Positions 1 through 12,251 of a stretch of 64,000 nt of DNA are shown here, one piece after another. Both the position numbers and the translations under genes were made by a program. Source of the stretch: the human T2T-CHM13v2.0 reference genome, Homo sapiens. Each line of letters begins with the position of its first letter. The first letter of the stretch is position 1. The notes below the pieces were generated by a model. It worked only from the letters and a program-made list of their open reading frames with translations, had not been told where the DNA came from and made no database searches. The stretch is taken from NCBI RefSeq assembly GCF_009914755.1, contig NC_060926.1. One strand, written 5' to 3'.

Positions 1-189
1 ACTTGCTTTCCTTTCTGGTTTCTCTTCCCATCCTATTCCCCAGGAACCCATTGCCTGCTACCGCTCTGGACCACCTTTGGTTCCCCAAGCCCCCTGGGCC
101 TTTCAGCCTCTGTGCCTTTGCTTATACTCTTCCCTCTTTTGGGAATGACCTTCTACTCACCATCACTGGCAAAGCTGTGCTCATGTCTT

Positions 190-365
190 TCACTCAGTTT
201 TTCATCTGCCATAATGGTGTGTACATCATAGGGTTGTTCTGAGGATTGACTGACATGATACATGACCGAGATGATACACTGTACATAATAATATGAACTG
301 AGATAATAAAGCCTGTATATGTGGGTACCATCTGGTAATTGTTCAATATGTTATCACATCATTAT
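190..365 (+). mobile_element. MIR fragment, flanked by L2 fragments (about 60-180 and 385-520)
   Basis: ctcagtttttcatctg...catagggttgttctgaggatt matches the MIR core. The flanks resemble the L2 3' end. Boundaries approximate. Confidence 0.6.
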
Positions 366-700
366 ATAATTATATTAGGACTATTTATACACTCTTGCTT
401 TCCTAATTAGGCTGCAAATTCCTTGAGAACAGGGCCGTGTCTTGTTAATCTCTGATCCCTACTTATATCAAGCATAGTACCCTGCATAAAGTTTCCATAT
501 TGTTTATTTGGGTTTCTCAACAGTTCCTATGTATAACTCTTGTTTCTCTAATCAGGTCAAAAAAGTCAAGTCTCTGAAGGAGGGCCTGTGGTTTCTCCTT
601 TTCTCAAATCCTCCGCAGCTTTTAGCACCAGGTTTTGCAGACAGAATATGATTAATACATACCCAATAGATGTCAGAATGTAATCGACTTTAAAAAATGA

Positions 701-1117
<417 letters not shown>

Positions 1118-1164
1118 AGCTAACCACTATTAGCAAGAAAACAAGTGAACATCACATGGAATAA

Positions 1165-1400
1165 CTGATATGTGTTGAATACTTGTTATGTGCTAAATAT
1201 TCATCTGATTTCACTCATATTTAATTTTATTCCTGCTATGAAGCAGATATTATCGTTATCCCCATTTTACAGAACAGGAAACTGAGACACAAAGAAGTTA
1301 ATTTATTCAAAGCCATAAGACTTTTAAGTAGAAGAGTTGAGTTTTAAACCCCAGCAATCTGGCTTCAGGGTCTGTACCCTCAACCCTGTGCTGAACTGCT
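1165..1400 (-). mobile_element. MIR
   Basis: Antisense MIR core: cccattttacagaacaggaaactgagacac. Confidence 0.75.
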
Positions 1401-2169
1401 TGCCTTCCTCCCTCCTACATCTACTGAGATATCGCCCTCCCTCCCCTCCCCACTGTTTAATGGAACTAATTCAGCACTGAGACTCAGAGAAGCTGGGATT
1501 TCTTTCTCCTGTGCATTCATTGGTTGTATGACGTTACGGTGATCACTTCACCTCTCTGAGCCTGTTTCCTCATCTATAAATCTGAGAGCCGGTCTCGGTG
1601 ATCTCCCTTGCTCAGCCAGAACATTCTGTGATTTCATGAATTAGACACTGAAGCAGGGCCTTGGTTTTCCAGCATATGCTGCCCTCCTCTCATCTCCTGC
1701 GTCTGCAGGCGTATTATCTTTTGTACCATGCAGGCAGGCAGTCAGGTCACCCTGACCTAGGTACCTACCTCCACCTCAGTGTGCCTGGAGAAGTTGCCAG
1801 CCAGCCACAGCCAGAGACAGAGTACTCCGTGGGGTTTGCTGAGTACTGGGACTTAGTGGCTTATATAAGTTTTTTACGACCCATTTTAATAGAGTTTGCA
1901 TCCTTTGAACTACAGATGGGGCACCGGCTGTTAATGGGGCTTTCTGGAGCATAGACTTAGGAGGAGGGTCCTCGGGGTTTATGGAGCTTTCCTGCGGCAC
2001 ACACATTTCATGGAGACTGTATTGTTTTGTTTCTTCTCCCCATCAACTTTCCTGGTCAGGGCACAGGGTGTAGGGCAGAGTTTATCTGAGTAGGGTGTAT
2101 GCATGTATATACCGCTGTCGTGTGTTTAACAGGCTCAGGGTAATGGCTGGGTTACCTACCACCCCAGGG

Positions 2170-2357
2170 CAGTGAGCCTCAGAACTACCTGAAGCCTAGT
2201 TAAAAATGCACTAATTCCACCTCACCCCACCCTCCTCCCCATGTTTCTGATTAAGGAGGGCTTGGGCAGTACCTGGGCCTGACAATGTGCGTTTCTAACA
2301 AGTTCCCAGGTGATGCTGCACCTGCTGGGCCAGGAGCCACACTTCGACAACCACTGT
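2170..2357. mobile_element. MER5A-like hAT-Charlie DNA transposon fossil
   Basis: tttctaacaagttcccaggtgatgctg...ccacacttcgacaaccactg is the typical MER5A terminus. Confidence 0.75.
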
Positions 2358-2669
2358 GCCAGAGAAGTTTTATGGAGAACTTTACATCTTTTTAAGTACT
2401 AGACTGAAACTAAACTAAAACATTTCTGTCCATGTTTTTAGGTAAAAATGATTTACTTGTATTCCAATATACCAAAAAAGTAATATCATATCTTCTTGAT
2501 CTGTAGTCATAATTATGACCATTCATTATTGTGGCCAGCTGTCATTCCAGGGTGTGCTGAGCCCGCCTTGAGACTGACCCAGGTTGTTGAGTTGTTGGTT
2601 TGCATTCTGTGTTTGCAGATCGGCTGCTGCGCCCATAGCATTCTTCCCTTCCTGGAGCTTTAAAAAAAA

Positions 2670-3050
2670 ACCTTTCTTATTAAAATGTTCACACCTATAA
2701 AAATAGAGAGAATAGTATGACCCACTCCCATGTCCCCATCATCTAGATTTTTAACATTTTTGCTTCATCTTTTTCTTGCGGAAATATTCTAAAGCCAATC
2801 CCAGACATCCTAACATTCCCCTCCAGGCATCCTAACATTCCCCTCCCAAATATTTCTGACTGCATCTCCAAAAAAATAAAGACATTTTCTTGCATAACCA
2901 CAAAACCATGATCACAACAAATCCAGCAATTATTCCTAAGTATCCTCTAATACTCAAACCGTATTCAGATTTCCCCAGTTGCTCAAAAAGGTCTTTGCAG
3001 TTGGATGAGGAGACGAACAAGGCCTATATTCACATTGCCTTTGATTGCTA
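2670..3050 (-). mobile_element. Old L1M (L1MC-type) 3' fragment
   Basis: Motifs aaagccaatcccagacat, acattttcttgcataaccacaa and tattcagatttccccagttg are characteristic of antisense L1MC 3' UTRs. Confidence 0.6.
2801..2844. repeat. 22-bp tandem duplication
   Basis: ccagacatcctaacattcccct followed by ccaggcatcctaacattcccct (1 mismatch). Confidence 0.9.
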
Positions 3051-5384
3051 GCTACCTTTCCCTACAAAATTTGCTTTTGTAGGCGTAGGGGGATCTGCAG
3101 TGAGCTGGGGCTAGCTAGTTGCAACAAGTGACCCAGAGCTGTTGAAATGCATCTGAGGTGGGGAAAGCAGGTTTGAGGTAGGGTCTGTGAATAGAGTGCA
3201 GTACTGATTCTGAGGCCTGGAGACAGCTCTGTGCTGCTGAGATGCTTTCACTTTATTCTATTTTCTTTCATCTGAAGAGGCAAGGAGGCCAGGCATGTGA
3301 CTTCTAGATCAGTGAGTTGCTTTCATGTGTGAATATGTAACTGTTAGAATATGTTTACAGAACAGATATGTTGCCTGGGGTAAGAAGAGGAGTTCTTGGC
3401 CCTGAAGAATCTTGGCTGTGGCTGTTCTAAAGTGTTTGGGGTATGCACTTTATTTATTCTCCGTGGGGTTTCTTTCTCTTTTTGTTAATAATCCAGCCTT
3501 CATTGCGGCTCTATGGAGGGAAAATATTCCTTCGAACTCCAGGCTCTGAGAGCTCCTCCACACACCTAGTCCACTTAGGTGGCCTGGTTTCATGCCAGAA
3601 GTATGATAAATAAATATTGATATGCTGTGCCTGCCCCCTTGAGGGCCTGCCCCTGGGTTCATCCCTCATGTAGGTGTTTTGAACATGTTACAGGCTTCTA
3701 ATTTAGCTTCCCCATCCAAATCAAAGGTCCCTCGCTGCAATTTAAATGCCATGGTGTACCCGTGACTGGGCTGACGTGCATCGGAAGGCAAAGCTGTCCT
3801 GCATCACACAGCATCAGCTGGATCGCCATATGGACCACAATGCGGTGCTAGGAGAGGCTGCCAGCATCAAGCTGGCTAAGGATTGAGGTGCAAGGCTGCC
3901 AGGAGGGAAGGATTTTTCTGGACAGAGACCTGATTGTCAGGGGCTTCAGGGTCTTTCTACCTCTGGTTCGAGGTTGGGGAGCAGCAAGACTACGGCGTAG
4001 ATACTGCAAGTAATGTAGCCTGCAAGTAATGTGGCCGGGCCTTGGCAAGGAGGGCCTGGAGGCGAGGGGAGTGTGCATTGCTGAATTCCTCATTTTGGCA
4101 CACAGCAGTCCTCTCTGCTGCTTCCTGACCCAAGGGGGATGATTCTGATAGTCACCCTTGCACCTCTTTTGTGGCCACTCCACATTGTATAAGGTCGCCA
4201 ACCACGTTGTATAATAATGGGCTGGTGCGTAGTTCTTACTGTTCTCTGGACTGGAAGATCCTCAGGGGCAGTGGACTATTTTGCTATTTGGTATACAGTG
4301 GCACTCAATAAAGGTGCAGCAAATACATTTTTGCAGCCCAGATAAGGGAGAGAAGGGAAGTGCTTAGGTTAAGCATATGATACAGAAATAAATCTGAGGT
4401 GGTCCTGAGTGTCATAGCAAATCTAACCTGCCCAAGACACGGTCCTTCATTCTACAGTGACCTTCATTCCACGGTGACTGCTAATGGCTGCTGTTTTGCT
4501 GAGAAACGCTTATTGACTTCCTGCGCCTCACATTTTCCTGCCTGGCAAATGCCAAACCTCCACTATATTTAGCTCAAATTTCTTATGGCAATTACCAGGT
4601 CATTTAGAAATATTTCAGTTGTAACCATGTCTTATTCTTGATCTGGATTTTATGCTGCATGAGGGCAGCGATTCCCCTTGATTTCTCTGTCTATCCTCCT
4701 AGGGCCCGGCTCTGTGGCTTGTATATATTATTGTATGTATTACCAGTGACTCAAAACTAGTTGCCCAACGAAATGCAAGGCTGCTGTGCTTAGTGAGTCC
4801 TAAAGAACTGGCTCAGACAGGGGCTGTCAAGTTCAGAGGAGGGAAAGCTCCTTGGGGCTGGAGTCACCAGAAGAAACTTCCTTAAAGGCAGCTGGAACTG
4901 GTTGGCACTCGGAGAATTGGAGAAGGTAGAAGGGAGGAGGATGGAGAGTGGATTCCGTGTTGGGAGGATCAGAGGAGACTTTGCATCCCCACTGCTGGGT
5001 ATAATAAGGAGTTGCAGCTAATTCGCTGGGAACCACTGGCTTCTGGGCGTTTACTAGACACACAATGAACTGCCAAGGACTATAGAGGCTGACCGCAGGG
5101 AAGAGTGGCTACAGAATTCTTAAAACATGATGCTGACTCCAGTCTTTGGTGAGACTGATGGGGATGAGTCAGGTTAAGACAGGGATAAACATTTGCTTAT
5201 CAGATGAAGATCCACCCTGTTTTCTAGGATCCTGGACTTCTTTGAAAAAGCATGCCTCCAAATACCAGATGACAGGGCAGAGAGGAAGAAGAGGATTAAG
5301 GGTATCCTGCTCCCAGGCTCTAGGGGTTCTGCTGGAAAGGAAATAGTGGGGTGGATTAGAGAGGATGGGAAAGTACAAAGCTTC

Positions 5385-6380
5385 AGATGTAGAAAAAGTT
5401 TGATCGTATAGTCTCTCTGGAAAACATTTTGCAAGTTTCTTAAAAAGTTAAACGTAAACCTACCATGTGATCCAGCCATTTCACTCTAGGCCTTAATTCA
5501 AGATAAATGAAAGCATTTGTCCATTCAAAATCTGTCATGAATGTTCATAGCAGCTTCACTTGTAATAGTCTTAAACTGGAAACAACCCAATCTTTCATCA
5601 AGATAGAATGGATAAACAAATTGTGGTATATCTATACAATGGATACTATTTAGTAATAAAAAGGAATGGATGGATTAATCTCAAAATAATTATGCTGAGT
5701 GAAAAAAACAGACAATTTGGAATGCACATTATATGATTCCATTCATATAACATTTTGGAAAATGCAAGCTAATCTATAAGATAGGAAGTAAAACAGTGGT
5801 TGCCTCAGGATGGAGGTTGTGTGGGAGGGGCAGGAGCAAGAGATTATAAACTCTATGAGGAAACTTTGTGGGCTGAAGGATATGTTCATAATCTTGATTA
5901 TGTGATGGTTTCACAGGGGTATATGTGTGTCAAAACTTATCAAGGTTTACTCTTATTTAAAGAGTGTTCAGCTGGGCGTGGTGGCTCATGCCTCTAATCC
6001 CAGCACTTTGGGAGGCCGAGGCGGGTGGATCACTTGAGGTCAGGAGTTTGAGATCAGTCTGGCCAACATGGTGAAACCCCATCTCTACTCCAAATACAAA
6101 AATTAGCCAGGCTAATTTAGAGACAGGTGAGACACCTGTATCACGCTAATTTAGAGACACCTATAGAGACAGGTGGTGCATGCCTGTAATCCCAGCGACT
6201 TGGGAGGCTGAGGCAGGAGAATCACTTGAACCCAGGAGGTGGAGTTGCAGTGTGTTGAGATTGCACCACTGCACTCCAGCTTGGGCAACAGAGTGAGACT
6301 GTCTCCAAAAAAAAAAAAAAAAAAAAAAAAGAGTGTTCAATTGATTGTGGGTAAACTGTCCATTAATAAAGCTATTATAA
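5385..6380 (+). mobile_element. L1ME-type 3' end, interrupted by an Alu at 5971-6330
   Basis: ORF2-end and 3' UTR motifs: gaatgttcatagcagc, aactggaaacaaccca, gaatggataaacaaattgtggtata, tatgattccattcatataa. The sequence resumes after the Alu and ends in aataaagct. Confidence 0.85.
5971..6330 (+). mobile_element. AluS (Sx/Sz-type) carrying a ~59-nt non-Alu insertion
   Basis: Both monomers and the A-tail are present. TSD aaagagtgttca at 5959-5970 and 6328-6339, with a TT/AAAG L1-endonuclease site. Confidence 0.92.
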
Positions 6381-6382
6381 AG

Positions 6383-6692
6383 AGCTGGGCATCATAGTTC
6401 ATGCCTGTAATCCCAATACTTTTGGAGGCCAAGGCAGGAGAATTGCGTGTGGACAGGAGTTTAAAACCAGTCTGGGCAACATAGTGAGACTGTGTCTCTA
6501 CAAAAAATAATAAAATTAGCTGGATGTGGTGGCATGCAGCTGTAGTGCCAGTAACTTGGAAGGCTGAGGCAGGAGGATCATTTGAGCCCAGGAGTTAGAG
6601 GTTACAGTGGCCATGATCACAACACTGCACTCCAGCCTGGGTGACAGAGCAAAATCCTGTCTCTATTAAAAAATAATAAATAATAAATAAAA
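6383..6692 (+). mobile_element. AluJ
   Basis: Diverged dimer with J diagnostics (gggcaacatagtgaga, ggaggatcatttgagcccagg) and a (TAAA)n tail. Confidence 0.88.
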
Positions 6693-7114
6693 GTGATAAT
6701 TTAGAGATTCAATGCAAGTCAGTTAAACAAGCCATTATTGCCAACTCCTTACATTCCCATCCCCCACATGGAATTCATTCATTTCATTGGAAATGAGAGG
6801 AGAAAAAATAGCCTCAGGGTGCTTAGGATGGCAGGGGAGGACCACTGTCAAAACTGAATGTACATAAGGCAGGTCTTGACGGAGGTTGATGCTGGCAAAA
6901 ACAAAAGGAACTGCCTTTGAGGACTAGTCAAGGGAAGCTCTGGGGCAGATGTAGGATCCAAGTGACTTCAATGACTGGGGACAATGTTAAAGGCAGTGAG
7001 GTACAAAATAAGCAAGGCCTAAAAGACGGAATCAACAGGCTTTGCTGAAGAACCAGGGGAGACCAGTACAGAGAAGGCTGAGGGTGCAAGGGGCTACTTT
7101 CAAGAATGAAAGCT

Positions 7115-7355
7115 AGATGGGCTGAGACAGATTGCCTCTCTATGCATCCTGGCTGCACCACTTAAAAACTGGGCAACCTTTGGGTAAATGACCTAAGTTC
7201 TCTGTGCCTTGGTTTTTCCATCTGTGAAATGGGAATAGTAATACGTACCTCATGATGTTACACTGAACATTAAATGAATTACTGCATGAAAAGTATTTAG
7301 AACCATGCCTGGCATAAACTAAGTGCTTAATAAATGTTATTGCTACTGTAATTAT
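7115..7355 (+). mobile_element. MIR, near full length
   Basis: tctgtgccttggtttttccatctgtgaaatggg...cctggcataaactaagtgcttaataaatgt. Confidence 0.8.
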
Positions 7356-7459
7356 TATCTACTCTTGGGGAGAATCTTGAATGCTAGGATTATTACAAAA
7401 CAAGCAATAGGTACAGCAGTGAGAACCCCTAAACAAAAGTTTGAGAAACTGCTTCTAGC

Positions 7460-7800
7460 TTGTCCCTACCTCAGAGTCTTTGCACTTGCTGAGACAACTC
7501 TGCCTGGAACACTTCCTTGAGATGAACTCCTGCCTCACTCCCTCACATATTTTGATCTGTGCCCAAATGTTACCCCATCAGAGAGGCCTTCGCCAGCCAC
7601 TATATTGAAAATTGCAGGCCCTTCCTCCCCTACTGCCTAACATAGGTATGTATCTTTATTTGCTTATTTTTCCTTCCTCCCACTAGAATGGAAGTTCTGT
7701 AAGCTCTTTAAGAATATGGACTTTGTTTTCTCTACAGTTATGTCCCCTGAGCCTAGGACACTGCCTGGAATGTAGTGGATGCTCAATAAATTTTTGTTGA
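7460..7800 (+). mobile_element. L2 3' end
   Basis: ctttgcacttgctg...cactagaatg...gcctaggacactgcctgg...gctcaataaatttttgttga. Confidence 0.8.
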
Positions 7801-10041
7801 CTAGAAGATTTATTAGGCTGTGTCTTAGGGGTGAATCACCTAGCGTCTTCAGGCCTCAGCCTCCTCACCTGTAAAGTGCAGAGGGTGCATTGCAGCCTGA
7901 AGGTGATGTGAATTTGTGGGGAGTCCGGCGTGTTGTCTTGAACAAGGGAGTGATATGGTGAAGGGACCGTGGGAGAGTATCAGCACTCATGAGATAGCAG
8001 GAGAGCTTCCGGGTCATGCCTCCCACAGGGTGATTGAATTTACAAAGTGAATTTAGTTATTTATAGGTGATTTTGAAGATGACTTTCCAAACTCTCCCCT
8101 CTCCCCAATGGGGCACTGTGCTGTCCCCTGCCCCTGCCCTCCATTGAGAACCCCTTCTCTAGACACATACAGGGACAGAATATGCCAGAACAAGGCAGTA
8201 TTGATAAAATGACAAATAAGTGACAAATAAGTGGTATGTGGGCTCATGGTTTTAGTATGTCTTGAGCTGCTCTGTTTTGAAGGACAGCTGACTCCAGGTT
8301 CTGGGCATAAGGAGCACATTAGGCTGACAGGGCCTGGAGGCTGGAGAGGAGCTGACACACGTGTGAGAGGAGGAGCCAGCCAGATGGCTCCGATTTATCC
8401 ATGTCGGTGCAGGGCTGGAGAACGAGCTCGGCCCAGCTGGGACGCTACTGCTGTGAGGCTTCCCGTGCATCTCAGCCCTTGAGAGACCAAGCCTCTCTTT
8501 TCACACCTGAGCTCCTGCAGGAAGCAAGGGCTGCGGTGGCTGGGAGATGCCTGTTGTTCCTCACATTCAGCAATTAGCGCCATCTCCTTAAGGGCAGACC
8601 TCCACGTAGCTGTAATCTGAAATGTCAGTTATTACACTCTTTGATGTAAGTATAGAAGTGCCTCGGTTATGATCTCAGGAGTAAGACAGAAATAGCTAGT
8701 CAGTGTGGTGAGTAATCTGCTAAAAGCATTCACAGGGATCATCCTCGCCATGGCATTATGTGCTGTTTAAAATCTGAGTAAATGCTTAGGAGTCCGGCAT
8801 TCAGAGATGCAGGGAGGGGCGGTGGAATCTCTTGGAGGAATCCTGGCTTAAGTCTCCTCACTGCTTCTGTTGCAGGTGATGGATCATGCCTATGCTATTC
8901 TTTGAGTTTCTAATGTGTAGTTAGATTTTATGGGGGATACTGAAGGGCATGGGAGCAGCCCTTGAGTCTTAGCTTAGGTCCCAGTTAGGAGGGACAATAC
9001 CTATGCACGCAAAAGCAGATGCATTTGAAAGTGCTGCAGGAAAGGGCTGTAACAGCTGCTGGAATTACAGGAGGGAGCAATCTCTGTGGAGTGAGGTGAT
9101 CAGGGAAGGTTACTTGGAGGAGGCAGGCTGTGAAAAGGAGAAGAGATTAGGGGTAGAATGTATTGCTTTTACTTGGTTCCTGACCTGCCTCTGTCTTCTC
9201 AGGATGGAGGCATCTTCCTGCAAACCACCTTATCCAATAAAATTAACACACAAATAGAAAATCAAGGCCACAGAAAGAAAGAAAGTGGCTAGTATGGTTG
9301 CTCCAGTTGAGCACTGGATTTGGTTTTGCACTTCTTGGCAGCCAGGACATAATGAAAACCAGGTGAATCGCACAGCTTTATTGATCAGAAAGGGGAAAGT
9401 CTACCAACTCTTCAGGGGAGGCAAAATTCTTCCTGGCACATTTTTCTAAAATCATTTTCTCATGTGGGAGTTTACATAAAAGACACAGTGGCATAATAAA
9501 CATAGGTCCATCGACAACAAAAGCCTTCATAAGCGTGGAGGATTGAACACCAAGGCGTGACACGATGAAGGTAATTTGGCCAGTGGCTAAGCTGGCAAGG
9601 TCCAGTGATGTGGCTTTTAGGGGCTCTGGCTTGATGTAAAATTAACTTAGAATCATTTTCTTGAAGACGAGACTGAAGACAAATTCCCAAAGGAGGCTTT
9701 GTAGTGGACATTCAGAGGGGAAAGCTCGTTGGCCTTGGTGAGATTATACCCGGTGAAAGGATGTGGGTGCCCTCCTGCCCCTGGGTTCCCACTTTCCATC
9801 ATATAATTACCCTGTCTGGGTATCGGATTTGGTGCTGAGTGTCCTGGTGTCCAGAGGCATAAAGGGAAACGCACGTCTGATTCCAGAGTCCAGAGCTGAC
9901 CTTGTCTCTTTACCAAAACCCTTAGTATACTATTCCCTGGTTTATCTTAACTGGGGCATTAGAGCACCTGCTCTTGACTTTGACATGTTCTCAAGGAGTT
10001 TGAAGTCTAGACAGGGTGATTTTACTTAAAAAAAAATTTAA

Positions 10042-10402
<361 letters not shown>

Positions 10403-10419
10403 CTATCAATAGCTGCCAT

Positions 10420-10630
10420 GTGTTAAGTATTTGCTGTGTCCCAAGCGCTTTACCTACAACACTTATGTCATCTTCACAATGACGTCCAGAAGTATACACT
10501 TTTATTGTCTCCATTTTATCAGAAAGAACGGGGCTTGTGGAGATTCTGATATTCTCTCAAGCCCCCAGCCTGAGGAAGATTCCAATTGGCCTCACTTTTG
10601 GGTCTAGTGGATCTGGACTTGGGCCCCAGT
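10420..10630 (-). mobile_element. MIR
   Basis: Antisense MIR-like: taagtatttgctgtgtcccaagcgcttta...ctccattttatcaga. Confidence 0.5.
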
Positions 10631-11802
10631 CTAATCTCTGGCCTGGGTCTCTCCCTCTCCCCTCTCGCACCCTCCTCTCTGGCCACAGTCTTCTGTTCTA
10701 AGCTTGCCCTGGCTTCCTGCAAGTTTCTGGCCTCTTGTATGAGATAAGCACTTCCCTATCTGATTTCAAAGGTTTTCTACTGAGCCCTCGCTGCCATATT
10801 CTGATCCCTGAGCCACCCCGCTTTCTCACCCTTCCTGCTTGAGCCAGGGCTGTCTGCATCCCATCGGTCCCTTCCAAGAATCGTAAAAGCAGAGTCCAGG
10901 TCTCCTTGTTTTTAAAGCCTCCTTGCCCTTCAGGACCACCCAGCAAGTTCCTGCTTCCCATCAGGGAGTTACTGCAGATCAGGCATTGATGAGGGGTCCC
11001 TCCCAACCTGGGTTTCCATCCCACCCTCTCACATGGGTTCCCTTGGTTGGCGTGCACCATTCAGCCACTCTCTAGGGGAGTAGCTGCTATACACCACCAC
11101 CATTTTATCGTATCAAAAATATGTTTCAAATACATTGAGACTTTTACTCTCATCAATGGAAGAGAAGGAGAAGCATGGCATTTTGTCAAGCTCTCTTACT
11201 TCCGAAGGATTTAGGACTCTTGCTGCCTTTGGCCACCAGGATCAGTAAGCATTCATTTCTATTGGAAGAGATTGTGTATCTGGGGATGTTGCCCAGCGGG
11301 TCTCACTATGCTGGGAAAACTGGTGACCAACTGAGTAATACTCAAATTTATGCCAAAATTCCTGCCTTTTTCCCTGATCAGTCTTCTCTTTTGCTCCCTG
11401 CTGAACTTTGTCACTTGGGAATGGGATGGGATGAGCTGGGTGGCCTCAAACTCACATCCTCAGAGGCTCAGAGGAAAGTCCCTTTTGGTACACCAAGGCT
11501 CTTTTTCATCCTTTGAAGCTTTTGAAGGATATTTTCAGTGGATCAAAATGGCATCTTGTGCCTGGCTCTATCTGGAAGAGCTTGCCTGGGAAGGCAAGGA
11601 AGATGTTATCTAAAAGATACATGGAGAGTGATTCTTCCCAGACCAGCACATCTAGAGTTGCATGGATAGCTTCATTTCTCCATCAACATAATACCTATTA
11701 TTTATTGAGTACTTATTTTATGCTAGGTCCAGTGCTAATGCATTTGCTTATGTAATCTACCCAGCAACCTAACGGAAACCTGATAGCCCATTTTATAGAT
11801 AA

Positions 11803-12251
<449 letters not shown>

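Noticed and set aside
402-411. Perfect CArG box CCTAATTAGG (another, CCTTATTAGG, at 63873-63882)
   Set aside because: Isolated matches at the expected chance frequency. The first lies in an L2 fragment.
4004-4477. 16-bp (4004-4035) and 17-bp (4444-4477) tandem duplications, with similar ones at 8210 and 54448
   Set aside because: Ordinary slippage-type micro-duplications with no further structure.
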